The notes beneath the pieces were generated by a model. The model saw only the letters and a list, made by a program, of their open reading frames with translations, was not told the origin of the DNA and did not search any database. A DNA stretch of 64,000 nucleotides from Eledone cirrhosa. Its lineage: Eukaryota. Shown piece after piece: positions 24,401 through 42,633 of the stretch (the first letter of the stretch is position 1; each line of letters opens with the position of its first letter). Position numbers and translations under genes: made by a program. The stretch spans positions 3,720,001 through 3,784,000 of the forward strand of contig OZ024757.1 of NCBI GenBank assembly GCA_964016885.1, written 5' to 3'.

Positions 24401-27400
24401 GATCTCTCAATTCAGAGAAGTAACAGCTCTACCTGAAGTGACTCTCCAGTGATTCTTTCCTGAGACATTCTAACCACATGTCCATAGTATCGGGGCTGTG
24501 ATCTCTCAATCCAGAGAAGTAACAGCTCTACCTGGAGTGACTCTCCAGTGATTCTTTCCTGAGACATTCTAACCACATGTCCATAGTATCGGAGCTGTGA
24601 TCTCTCAATTCAGAGAAGTAACAGCTCTACCTGGAGTGACTCTCCAGTGATTCTTTCCTGAGACATTCTAACCACATGTCCATAGTATCGGAGCTGTGAT
24701 CTCTCAATTCAGAGAAGTAACAGCTCTACCTGGAGTGACTCTCCAGTGATTCTTTCCTGAGACATTCTAACCACATGTCCATAGTATCGGAGCTGTGATC
24801 TCTCAATTCAGAGAAGTAACAGCTCTACCTGGAGTGACTCTCCAGTGATTCTTTCCTGAGACATTCTAACCACATGTCCATAGTATCAGAGCTGTGATCT
24901 CTCAATTCAGAGAAGTAACAGCTCTACCTGAAGTGACTCTCCAGTGATTCTTTCCTGAGACATTCTAACCACATGTCCATAGTATCGGAGCTGTAATCTC
25001 TCAATTCAGAGAAGTAACAGCTCTACCTGGAGTGACACTCCAGTGATTCTTTCCTGAGACATTCTAACCACATGTCCATTGTATCGGAGCTGTGATCTCT
25101 CAATTCAGAGAAGTAACAGCTCTACCTGAAGTGACTCTCCAGTGATTCTTTCCTAAGACATTCTAACCACATGTCCATAGTATCGGAGCTGTGATCTCTC
25201 AATTCAGAGAAGTAACAGCTCTACCTGAAGTGACTCTCCAGTGATTCTTTCCTAAGACATTCTAACCACATGTCCATAGTATCGGAGCTGTGATCTCTCA
25301 ATTCAGAGAAGTAACAGCTCTACCTGAAGTGACTCTCCAGTGATTCTTTCCTAAGACATTCTAACCACATGTCCATAGTATCGGAGCTGTGATCTCTCAA
25401 TTCAGAGAAGTAACAGCTCTACCTGGAGTGACTCTCCAGTGATTCTTTCCTGAGACATTCTAACCCCATGTCCATAGTATCAGGGCTGTGATCTCTCAAT
25501 TCAGAGAAGTAACAGCTCTACCTGGAGTGACTCTCCAGTGATTCTTTCCTGAGACATTCTAACCACATGTCCATAGTATCGGAGCTGTGATCTCTCAATT
25601 CAGAGAAGTAGCAGCTCTACCTGGAGTGACTCTCCAGAGATTCTTTCCTGAGACATTCTAACCACATGTCCATAGTATCAGAGCTGTGATCTGTCAATTC
25701 AGAGAAGTAGCAGCTCTACCTGAAGTGACTCTCCAGTGATTCTTTCCTGAGACATTCTAACCACATGTCCATAGTATCGGAGCTGTGATCTCTCAATTCA
25801 GAGAAGTAACAGCTCTACCTGAAGTGACTCTCCAGTAATTCTTTCCTAAGACATTCTAACCACATGTCCATAGTATCGGAGCTGTGATCTCTCAATTCAG
25901 AGAAGTAACAGCTCTACCTGAAGTGACTCTCCAGTGATTCTTTCCTGAGACATTCTAACCACATGTCCATAGTATCGGAGCTGTGATCTCTCAATTCAGA
26001 GAAGTAACAGCTCTACCTGAAGTGACTCTCCAGTGATTCTTTCCTGAGACATTCTAACCCCATGTCCATAGTATCAGGGCTGTGATCTCTCAATTCAGAG
26101 AAGTAACAGCTCTACCTGGAGTGACTCTCCAGTGATTCTTTCCTGAGACATTCTAACCACATGTCCATAGTATCGGAGCTGTGATCTCTCAATTCAGAGA
26201 AGTAACAGCTCTACCTGGAGTGACTCTCCAGTGATTCTTTCCTAAGACATTCTAACCACATGTCCATAGTATCGGAGCTGTGATCTCTCAATTCAGAGAA
26301 GTAACAGCTCTACCTGGAGTGACTCTCCAGTGATTCTTTCCTGAGACATTCTAACCACATGTCCATAGTATCGGAGCTGTGATCTCTCAATTCAGAGAAG
26401 TAACAGCTCTACCTGAAGTGACTCTCCAGTGATTCTTTCCTGAGACATTCTAACCACATGTCCATAGTATCGGAGCTGTGATCTCTCAATTCAGAGAAGT
26501 AACAGCTCTACCTGAAGTGACTCTCCAGTGATTCTTTCCTGAGACATTCTAACCACATGTCCATAGTATCGGAGCTGTGATCTCTCAATTCAGAGAAGTA
26601 ACAGCTCTACCTGGAGTGACTCTCCAGTGATTCTTTCCTGAGACATTCTAACCACATGTCCATAGTATCGGAGCTGTGATCTCTCATTTCAGAGAAGTAA
26701 CAGCTCTACCTGAAGTGACTCTCCAGTGATTCTTTCCTGAGACATTCTAACCACATGTCCATAGTATCGGAGCTGTGATCTCTCAATTCAGAGAAGTAAC
26801 AGCTCTACCTGGAGTGACTCTCCAGTGATTCTTTCCTGAGACATTCTAACCACATGTCCATAGTATCGGAGCTGTGATCTCTCAATTCAGAGAAGTAACA
26901 GCTCTACCTGAAGTGACTCTCCAGTGATTCTTTCCTGAGACATTCTAACCACATGTCCATAGTATCGGAGCTGTGATCTCTCAATTCAGAGAAGTAACAG
27001 CTCTACCTGGAGTGACTCTCCAGTGATTCTTTCCTGAGACATTCTAACCACATGTCCATAGTATCGGAGCTGTGATCTCTCAATTCAGAGAAGTAACAGC
27101 TCTACCTGAAGTGACTCTCCAGTGATTCTTTCCTGAGACATTCTAACCACATGTCCATAGTATCGGAGCTGTGATCTCTCAATTCAGAGAAGTAACAGCT
27201 CTACCTGGAGTGACTCTCCAGTGATTCTTTCCTGAGACATTCTAACTAAATGTCCATAATATCAGAGCTGTGATCTCTCAATTCAGAGAAGCAACAGCTC
27301 TACCTGAAGTGACTCTCCAGTGATTCTTTCCTGAGATATTCTAACCACATGTCCATAGTATCAGAGCTGTGATCTCTCAATTCAGAGAAGTAACAGCTCT

Positions 27401-30400
27401 ACCTGGAGTGACTCTTCAGAGATTATTTCCTGAGATATTCTAACCCCATGTCCATAGTATCAGAGCTGTGATCTCTCAATTCAGAGATTATTTCCTGAGA
27501 TATTCTAACCACATGTCCATAGTATCAGAGCTGTGATCTCTCAATTCGGAGAAGTAACACCCCTACCTGGAGTGACTCTTCAGAGATTCTTTCCATAGAC
27601 ATTCTAACCACATGTCCATAGTATCAGGGCTGTGATCTCTCAATTCAGAGAAGTAACAGCTCTACCTGGAGTGACTCTTCAGAGATTCTTTCCATAGACA
27701 TTCTAACCACATGTCCATAGTATCAGGGCTGTGATCTCTCAATTCAGAGAAGTAACAGATCTACCTGGAGTGACTCTTCAGAGATTCTTTCCTGAGATAT
27801 TCTAACCACATGTCCATAGTATCAGGGCTGTGTTATCTCAATTCAGAGAAGTAACAGATCTACCTGGAGTGACTCTTCAGAGATTCTTTCCTGAGATATT
27901 CTAACCACATGTCCATAGTATCAGAGCTGTGATATCTCAATTCGGAGAAGTAACACCCCTACCTGGAGTGACTCTTCAGAGATTCTTTCCATAGACATTC
28001 TAACCACATGTCCATAGTATCAGGGCTGTGATCTCTCAATTCAGAGAAGTAACAGATCTACCTGGAGTGACTCTTCAGAGATTCTTTCCTGAGATATTCT
28101 AACCACATGTCCATAGTATCAGGGCTGTGTTATCTCAATTCAGAGAAGTAACAGATCTACCTGGAGTGACTCTTCAGAGATTCTTTCCTGAGATATTCTA
28201 ACCACATGTCCCTATTATCAGAGCTGTGATCTCTCAATTCAGAGAAGTAACAGCTCTACCTGAAGTGACTCTCCAGTGATTCTTTCCTGAGACATTCTAA
28301 CCACATGTCCATAGTATCGGAGCTGTGATCTCTCAATTCAGAGAAGTAACAGCTCTACCTGGAGTGACTCTCCAGTGATTCTTTCCTGAGACATTCTAAC
28401 CACATGTCCATTGTATCGGAGCTGTGATCTCTCAATTCAGAGAAGTAACAGCTCTACCTGAAGTGACTCTCCATTGATTCTTTCCTGAGACATTCTAACC
28501 ACATGTCCATAGTATCGCAGCTGTGATCTCTCAATTCAGAGAAGTAACAGCTCTACCTGGAGTGACTCTCCAGTGATTCTTTCCTGAGACATTCTAACCA
28601 CATGTCCATAGTATCGGAGCTGTGATCTCTCAATTCAGAGAAGTAACAGCTCTACCTGGAGTGACTCTCCAGTGATTCTTTCCTGAGACATTCTAACCAC
28701 ATGTCCATAGTATCGGAGCTGTGATCTCTCAATTCAGAGAAGTAACAGCTCTACCTGAAGTGACACTCCAGTGATACTTTCCTGAGACATTCTAACCACA
28801 TGTCCATAGTATCGGAGCTGTGATCTCTCAATTCAGAGAAGTAACAGCTCTACCTGAAGTGACTCTCCAGTGATTCTTTCCTGAGACATTCTAACCACAT
28901 GTCCATAGTATCGGAGCTGTGATCTCTCAATTCAGAGAAGTAACAGCTCTACCTGGAGTGACTCTCCAGTGATTCTTTCCTGAGACATTCTAACCACATG
29001 TCCATAGTATCGGAGCTGTGATCTCTCATTTCAGAGAAGTAACAGCTCTACCTGAAGTGACTCTCCAGTGATTCTTTCCTGAGACATTCTAACCACATGT
29101 CCATAGTATCGGAGCTGTGATCTCTCAATTCAGAGAAGTAACAGCTCTACCTGGAGTGACTCTCCAGTGATTCTTTCCTGAGACATTCTAACCACATGTC
29201 CATAGTATCGGAGCTGTGATCTCTCAATTCAGAGAAGTAACAGCTCTACCTGAAGTGACTCTCCAGTGATTCTTTCCTGAGACATTCTAACCACATGTCC
29301 ATAGTATCGGAGCTGTGATCTCTCAATTCAGAGAAGTAACAGCTCTACCTGGAGTGACTCTCCAGTGATTCTTTCCTGAGACATTCTAACCACATGTCCA
29401 TAGTATCGGAGCTGTGATCTCTCAATTCAGAGAAGTAACAGCTCTACCTGAAGTGACTCTCCAGTGATTCTTTCCTGAGACATTCTAACCACATGTCCAT
29501 AGTATCGGAGCTGTGATCTCTCAATTCAGAGAAGTAACAGCTCTACCTGGAGTGACTCTCCAGTGATTCTTTCCTGAGACATTCTAACTAAATGTCCATA
29601 GTATCAGAGCTGTGATCTCTCAATTCAGAGAAGTAACAGCTCTACCTGAAGTGACTCTCCAGTGATTCTTTCCTGAGACATTCTAACCACATGTCCATAG
29701 TATCGGAGCTGTGATCTCTCAATTCAGAGAAGTAACAGCTCTACCTGAAGTGACTCTCCAGCGATTCTTTCCTGAGACATTCTAACCACATGTCCATAGT
29801 ATCGGAGCTGTGATCTCTCAATTCAGAGAAGTAACAGCTCTACCTGAAGTGACTCTCCAGTGATTCTTTCCTGAGACATTCTAACTAAATGTCCATAGTA
29901 TCGGAGCTGTGATCTCTCAATTCAGAGAAGTAACAGCTCTACCTGGAGTGACTCTCCAGTGATTCTTTCCTGAGATATTCTAACCACATGTCCATAGTAT
30001 CAGAGCTGTGATCTCTCAATTCAGAGAAGTAACAGCTCTACCTGGAGTGACTCTTCAGAGATTATTTCCTGAGATATTCTAACCCCATGTCCATAGTATC
30101 AGAGCTGTGATCTCTCAATTCAGAGATTATTTCCTGAGATATTCTAACCACATGTCCATAGTATCAGAGCTGTGATCTCTCAATTCGGAGAAGTAACAGC
30201 TCTACCTGGAGTGACTCTTCAGAGATTCTTTCCATAGACATTCTAACCACATGTCCATAGTATCAGGGCTGTGATCTCTCAATTCAGAGAAGTAACAGAT
30301 CTACCTGGAGTGACTCTTCAGAGATTCTTTCCTGAGATATTCTAACCACATGTCCATAGTATCAGAGCTGTGATCTCTCAATTCGGAGAAGTAACACCCT

Positions 30401-30452
30401 ACCTGGAGTGACTCTCTCATCTCCCAGCTATGCAATCGATCAACTAATATTT
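15425..30452 (-). mobile_element. 5'-truncated RTE-clade LINE remnant split by the 99-bp array; (AAG)n tail
   Basis: Minus-strand translation: ILVDRLHSWEMRESLQ (right flank), the repeated unit, ILREKPTSRRPRG*..RARWLDKI (left flank), then (AAG)n at 15425-15491. Confidence 0.8.
15640..30417. repeat. 99-bp tandem satellite, ~149 copies
   Basis: Consensus CATGTCCATAGTATCGGAGCTGTGATCTCTCAATTCAGAGAAGTAACAGCTCTACCTG(G/A)AGTGACTCTCCAGTGATTCTTTCCTGAGACATTCTAACCA; period 99 (15757 to 15856). Confidence 0.98.
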
Positions 30453-30724
30453 TTCAACTGTCTAAAATCTTCTTTACGCTTTTTTTTTATTTCCCACTCT
30501 TGTCTTTGCTTCTTTACTGTCACGAACGTTTAAACTGATTAAATAAATATTAAAAACTACAGCTTTTGAATTATAAGTTTGGAGTGTGTATATATATATA
30601 TATATATGTGTGTGTGTTTTGTGTGTGTGTGTGTGTGTGTAAAAGGTAAACAGAAATAACAACACAATCAGTACAGTATATGGAAGGAATATATTAGTTT
30701 AATGCTTGAAATAGCAGGAAGAGG

Positions 30725-30762
30725 ATAGTAACGTTTCGGGCGCCAGTCCTTCATCAGATGAA
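30725..30762 (-). ncRNA. Minimal PLE-type hammerhead motif (degenerate)
   Basis: Minus strand CUGAUGA-AGGACUGGCGCCC-GAAA-CG-UU with palindromic AACGUU stem III; stem I is weak. Confidence 0.5.
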
Positions 30763-30855
30763 AGAATGAGAAATTAGAAAGATTGAAGGGACGGGTGGGG
30801 TGGGGTGGAATTGGAGACGGGTGAGATGATAGAGTCGTGGTGTATTTAGGAGATA

Positions 30856-30907
<52 letters not shown>

Positions 30908-30969
30908 GAGATATAGGAAGAGAGAGAGATAGAGAGATAGATAAATAGAGAGAGAGAGAGAGAGAGATA

Positions 30970-31009
<40 letters not shown>

Positions 31010-31051
31010 GAGAGAGATAGGAAGAGAGAGAGATAGGAAGAGTGAGAGAGA

Positions 31052-31086
<35 letters not shown>

Positions 31087-31090
<4 letters not shown>

Positions 31091-34090
31091 CTATTTATTT
31101 GCCACGAGGGCACAAAAGAAGGGGACAAATACAGAGTGGGGGAGTTTACATAAATCGAGTAAAGAAAAAAGGAATAACAATAATATAATAATAAAAAGTC
31201 CTCAAAAGGGAGGGGGCGTGTTGGGGATTGCACATACCCCCGAAAAGTGTGCAACCCTTTTCGCGGGGGAAGCCCAGAGAGGAGGCGCTCCCCCTTTCCT
31301 CTTCACTTCTCACCTACAGAACAATGTAGAGAGACGGCCCATTTACACGAGCCATTCTCGCTTCTTTCACCCACCTTTCATAAAACTGTCTGGGGCCAAG
31401 CACTTCTCTCTCCATCCTGATCCTTCTTCCGAAGTGGTATCGGAAAAAGTAAACCAGGTGTTGGCCGGAGAGAAAGTCACCCGACCTCAGACCTTTCAGG
31501 CGCGTCCACCACACAACCTCTTTCATCATGGCTATTACGCACAGAAAGACCGCCTCTGCTTCATTTCTGAAGGGAGGAGGCGGCTTGATGTTCACCACAG
31601 ACTCGGCGGCCAATCAAATCGGCGCCACACGCGACAGCAGTCGTTCGACGTAGCCCCACAGATCGGCAACGCCCGGGCAGTGTACCAGTGCGTGCGCAAC
31701 GGTTTCCTCGTCGCGCACGCATCTGGGACAGATCTTTTTCGCGGGATCCCTGCCCGGGCGCCCGTGTCTGTAGAGCTTTTCTCGAACGGGCAGAGCCCCC
31801 CGGTAGCACTGCCAGGCTAGGGACCTCTGGAAGTTGTCCATGGGTCCCGGGCCGAAAGTTCTACCGAACAGGCTGTCCAGTTCGTCCTCCTCCATGCTTA
31901 GCGACTCTCCAAGGGTGTCGTCGCCCCTGCTAGCCACCAGCCCTCTAAAGAATGTCGAGGTGGATTCTCCACTGATAGTCGGGTCCGCTTGCCAGAGAGC
32001 CGTGAGCGCCTGGGCACACTCGGTGTGCCAGTTGCCCAGTTTTCTAGGTCTTTGCTTCACCAAGGATTGCAGCTCGGTGAGCGAGACGAGCTGTGGGAAG
32101 GCTCGCCTCACAAACGGGGCCCACACCGGCTGACCGGTGAGCAATACCTGTAGATGCCGTAGTCTCAATGCGTGCCTACGCATCAACAGCCACGGCATAC
32201 CCAGCCCTCCTTTCGAAGGGTGCTGGCAGCAGATGGATCTCCTCATCATGGGAGGCCGCTTCTTCCAGAGGAACTGGAAGAGCATGCGCTCCATGATGGT
32301 GAACGTTTCCTTAGGGCAAGGCACGACGGTCAGGCGGTAGTAGATGACGGAGGCTATGTAAGCGTTCGCCACCTCCGCCCGACCTTTCAGTGATAGTTTG
32401 CACTTGGCCCAATTCTGGGTCAGCGCAAACACCCTGCTCGTCACTTCGCCCCATTTCTTCTCCACCTGGAGGTCCGGTCCGAACCAGACCCCGAGCAGCT
32501 TCACCGGGCCCTCCGTCCACCGTCCGACGACACCGTCTAACGGCATCGGTTTGCCCCTCCACGTTCCGAGTTGCAAACCGACTGACTTGTCCCGGTTCAG
32601 CCTAGCCCCCGTCAGCCTTTCGTATTCCTCCAGTAGGGTGGCGATCGCCCCGATTTCCGAGGCGTCCGCCACCATTACTGTTACGTCGTCGGCATAGACC
32701 GAGACCGCTTTGTGCAATCCCGGTTCCAGGGGTATGCCCCGCAGCAACTCCAACTTCCGCAGCAGTGGCTCGAGAGCCAATACGTACAGAAGGGAGGAGA
32801 GGGGGCACCCCTGCCTGATGGACCGGGTGATTTGAAACGGCTCCGAGAGGTAGCCGTTTACTTTAACCCTAGAGCAGACGTTGCCACTGTGCATGGCAGA
32901 AATCCAGCCCCTGAAAACGGGTCCGAAGCCCGCCGCCGCTAGCACCGCATCCAGGTAACCATGGTCGACCCTATTGAACGCCTTAGATTGATCCAAGTTG
33001 ATCAGGGCCCCACCAAAGCCGGGTTCGTTCCCAACCCTCTCTACGATGTACCGCATGAGGTGGAGGTTGTCGTGAATGGACCTGAACGGGATAGCGCATG
33101 TCTGCGCGTCTCCCACCAAGCCACCCACCACAAGCGCCAACCTCTTCGCTAACACCTTGGCCAAAATCTGTAACTCTGCATTCAGCAGAGTTATGGGCCT
33201 AAAGTTACTTAAGTCGTCCCCCTTGCTCTCGTCCTTCCTCACTAGCGTGACTACGCCCTTGGTCACAGAACAGGGAATTCTCCCGTTCTGTTGCCAGTTG
33301 CAATAGACAGCCTCGAGGAGTTCGGAGAACAAGACCGGCATAGCTAAATAAAGTTCGTATGGTAGACCATCGAGACCCGGAGATTTGCGTCTGCTGCATT
33401 GGCTGAGCGCTTCCCCGACTTCAGTGGCTGTGATTGGCCTTTCGCAGCACTCCGCTTCGCCGCTCGAAAGACGCGGTGGACCGTCGAGGTATGGACCGAA
33501 GTCCACATCCCCGTCCGGCCCCCGCCCCCTCCGAACAGTCGACCCTTTGAAAGTGCCTTTGAAAGTGCCTTTGAAAGGCCTCGCACATCCGCTCAGGTTC
33601 AAAACTATGTGCTTTTTTGCTTCTGCCAGTTTCTATCTGGCGGCAGTTAAGTCAATAGGTGTATATGTGATTGATTTTTTTGTTGTCTGGGCGAAAGTTG
33701 CCTTGTTGTTTTTTGTATTCTTGTTTTCTGTTTGTTTGTTTTCCGTTTGCTCATTTTCCGTAACATTTGTTTTTTCATTTTCCTTGTTTGTTTCGTTGTC
33801 TAGTTTTGTTGTATCCATTTTTTGTTCTTCAGACTTGGGGGGCGTGGCAGAGCTAATGGCAGACATGTCTGCCATCTTTCCCGCCATGCGGCCAAGAAAG
33901 AAGTTTTACAGAAAAATAGTTATTTATTTTACCCCCTAAAAAGGAAATAAATGTAAAAATGTTTCCCTAAATAACAGGGGTAAGTGTTCCAAATGTGTTG
34001 CACTGAAAAAATTCACTGGTACTTACTATAGTAAAGGTAAATTCCGATAGAATAACAGAGCCGATGTGAAGCGTGTCTCACTCTATCATG
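31087..34090 (-). mobile_element. Tx1/L1-clade LINE copy 2 (RT + zinc knuckle, endonuclease missing) embedded in (GA)n/(TC)n microsatellite
   Basis: ORFs 31614-33602 and 31314-31613 are in one frame with a single TGA; highly similar to copy 1 (YADD, CPRC..H..C). GA-rich tracts on both sides (30850-31086 and 34090-34586). Confidence 0.88.
33600..33887 (-). pseudogene. Probable LINE ORF1 N-terminal fragment (low-complexity N/E/K/T, ATFAQ motif) joined to mid-ORF2
   Basis: MAGKMADMS...KATFAQTTKKSITYTPIDLTAAR*KLAEAKKHIV abuts ORF2 sequence at ~33595. Confidence 0.45.
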
Positions 34091-34135
34091 ATAGATAGAT
34101 AGAAAAATAGAGAGAGAGATATATATAGGAAGAGA

Positions 34136-34205
<70 letters not shown>

Positions 34206-34283
34206 TATATAGGAAGAGATATATATATATAGGAAGAGAGATATATATATAGGAAGAGAGGAGAGAGATAGATAGATAGATAG

Positions 34284-34403
<120 letters not shown>

Positions 34404-34408
34404 GAAGA

Positions 34409-34471
<63 letters not shown>

Positions 34472-34500
34472 ATATATATAGAGAGAGAGAGATAGGAAGA

Positions 34501-34553
<53 letters not shown>

Positions 34554-34685
34554 GAAGAGGAAGAGAGAGAGAGAGAGAGAGAGAGATGTCTCCGAAATCC
34601 CATCAAAGCGAATGTTGAGATGTCTTATTTCTACAGAGTCTATTTGGGTATTGTATAAATAGTATCTTATATCAGACACTGTATA

Positions 34686-34874
34686 ACTGTTTCTACTTTT
34701 GGCACAAGGCCAGCAATTATCCCAGTGTATTACTGGTACTTTATTTTATCGACCCCGTAAGGATGAAAGGCAAAGTTAACCTCAGCGGGATTTGAACTCA
34801 GACCATAAAGGGCCGTAACTCTTTGCTGCAAAACATGGCGTCCGACCCTCTACCGATACTGCCAATCCACCGCC
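34686..34874 (-). mobile_element. tRNA-derived SINE, full length
   Basis: A/B boxes and core present; acactgtata flanks both sides (34676 and 34879). Confidence 0.88.
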
Positions 34875-34913
34875 ATATACACTGTATAGTGGCCTAGAGT
34901 TGAACGGGTGTAT

Positions 34914-34952
<39 letters not shown>

Positions 34953-34960
34953 GTTGAACG

Positions 34961-37034
<2,074 letters not shown>

Positions 37035-37199
37035 TATTATATAGTTATATATATATATAATAAATAAATAAATAAATACATATATATTGTATATATTATA
37101 TATATTATATATATTATATATATATTAAATATCTATATATCATATAAATATTATATATATATTACATATCTATATATTATTATCACATTAAACTACAAC

Positions 37200-40685
<3,486 letters not shown>

Positions 40686-40924
40686 CATATATGTGTATAT
40701 ATAATATATATAATCATATAAAAATGAGAATACTCATCGTTAGAACAGACGTTAAAACAGCTAAATGCTTTCAAAATGCCTGAGAGGACAGAGACCAGCG
40801 GCCAGTGGTGGAGGGAGAGACAATCCACAAGGTGGGTGACAGACCGATGAAATATAGAAAAGATTGAAAGTGGAGGAGGATATGCAGAAGTGTGTTGGTG
40901 CAGAGAGTGACTGGAAGAAGGAAA

Positions 40925-41070
40925 TAATTATTCCAGTGTATTACCGGTACTTTATTTTATCGACCCTCTAAGGATGAAGAGCAAAGTTAACATCGGCAGG
41001 ATTTGAAGGAAAGGGTCGTAACTCTATGCTTCAAAGCACGGTGTCCGACCCTCTACCGATACTGCCAATC
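40925..41070 (-). mobile_element. Diverged tRNA-derived SINE copy
   Basis: Homologous to the other copies (tttattttatcgaccc...ccgatactgccaatc). Confidence 0.75.
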
Positions 41071-41284
41071 AAAATAAAGACAGGTGATGTAGAAGACAAG
41101 TTAACACAGACATCTTCACCCTCATTAGCTCTCAAACTAGCAACGATTTAATTGAGAGTACCATTTAAAAAGCCGGATCTTGCAACAGAAAAATACATAT
41201 TTCTGGCGGCACGGTGTGTGTATGATAAAATAAACGGCACAAATAGGAGGACGAAAGTAAAGTATTTTGTTTTCTTTCGTACCC

Positions 41285-41338
<54 letters not shown>

Positions 41339-41343
<5 letters not shown>

Positions 41344-41520
41344 AACGAGTAAGACCCCGACGGCTGAGCTCAAGCCGTTTCGACGGCTAATTCTGGACTC
41401 AGAAACGGCTTGAGCTCAGCCGTCGGGGTCTTACTCGTTCCTATTACCCACTCTACTACCCTAAGTATTGAGTACTTTGGTGCGTTATGGTCCACCTGGT
41501 TCCTTACCACATTTCTTCCG

Positions 41521-41522
<2 letters not shown>
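41339..41522 (+). repeat. Hammerhead 3' half plus tail with an inverted duplicate, between (TA)n tracts
   Basis: GAAA-CGGCUUGAGCUCAGCCG-UC^GGGGUC at 41402-41430, mirrored at 41339-41383; same family as 9843-10040. Confidence 0.75.
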
Positions 41523-41550
<28 letters not shown>

Positions 41551-41558
<8 letters not shown>

Positions 41559-41699
41559 TAAAATAACAGATTAAAGTTTAAGCAAAGAATCGCTGCTTTC
41601 ACCCTTAACGGGTTCTTCTGAAACATCTTCAGAATATCCCGTTAAGGGTGAAAGCAGCGATTCTTTGCTTAAACTTTAATCTGTTATTTTAATAAATAT
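41551..41699. repeat. ~150-bp fold-back palindrome of the AAAGAATCGCTGC repeat family
   Basis: atttattaaaataacagattaaag...cccttaacggg / cccgttaaggg...ttttaataaat. Confidence 0.85.
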
Positions 41700-41840
41700 T
41701 TGCTCTACGGTTCTTATATATTTGATATATATTTATCTTTATCGAGCCCTCTTTGGATTTTAGTCTTCAAATTTATTATTATTACTATATATATATATAT
41801 ATATATATATGAACAAAAGTAGAATTTCTCGTGATCATGT

Positions 41841-41910
41841 CTATTTTATTATACATATTTCAGAGGTACTGAGCTAACTTCAACAGTACGTCCTCATCAG
41901 ATAAAATAAG
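41841..41910 (-). ncRNA. Type I hammerhead ribozyme, intact core
   Basis: Minus strand UAUUUUAU-CUGAUGA-GGACGUACUG..CAGUACCUCU-GAAA-UAUGUA-UA^AUAAAAUA; perfect stem I. Confidence 0.8.
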
Positions 41911-41958
41911 ATGATGCATGACATACCCTGACATAGTAGATGGTTAAGATCTAGTCAT

Positions 41959-41991
<33 letters not shown>

Positions 41992-42147
41992 TCTGTGTAC
42001 ATTTATAACTGTCTCTCTTCTTTATAATATTGATACTCCAGTTAATTCTTTATTGATAATGCTTTAAGGGATACAAACGTAGAGTGCTTTACCTCTGTTT
42101 ACGACTAAAGTTGATGGATTATTTCATCAACCAGCTTTCCTCACTTG

Positions 42148-42186
<39 letters not shown>

Positions 42187-42273
42187 AAAGTTCTATTTAA
42201 AATTGTTGGGATACAACAAGTAAATATTTTTATAACTGATATAAAGCACTCGACAAGTATTTTGAGTAGATAT

Positions 42274-42631
42274 ACGATATTAATAAATGGAAACTATATT
42301 TATAAAACCATATTTATTTCATTATACATATTTCAGGGATACCAAATTAAATTATGGTATGCCTTCATCAGACAAAATACAATATATAACAGTTTTACAA
42401 ATAAGCTTTGACGTACCCTTTTAAAATGCGACCATTATTTTTGGAAGCCATCTGGATGGCTTCCAAAAATAATGGTCGCATTTTAAAAGGGTACGTCAAA
42501 GCTTATTTGTAAAACTGTTATATATTGTATTTTGTCTGATGAAGGCATACCATAATTTAATTTGGTATCCCTGAAATATGTATAATGAAATAAATATGGT
42601 TTTATAAATATAGTTTCCATTTATTAATATC

Positions 42632-42633
<2 letters not shown>
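42274..42633. repeat. 360-bp perfect palindrome (2-nt centre) with two outward-facing hammerheads (42315-42379 minus, 42528-42592 plus)
   Basis: Centre gccatc-tg-gatggc at 42453/42454. Plus motif UAUUUUGU-CUGAUGA-AGGCAUACCA..UGGUAUCCCU-GAAA-UAUGUA-UA^AUGAAAUA. Confidence 0.9.

Noticed and set aside
15640-30417. CRISPR-like array
   Set aside because: No unique spacers and no cas genes; head-to-tail near-identical monomers in eukaryotic DNA. The same applies to the 48-bp array.
15640-30417. Coding tandem repeat or selenocysteine read-through of the in-frame TGA
   Set aside because: The TGA is best explained as CGA-to-TGA decay of an RTE codon before amplification. Extra stops and indels occur and no SECIS is evident.
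42045-42135. Second UUGAUAA hammerhead variant
   Set aside because: No properly placed GAAA, stem III or NUH site follows.
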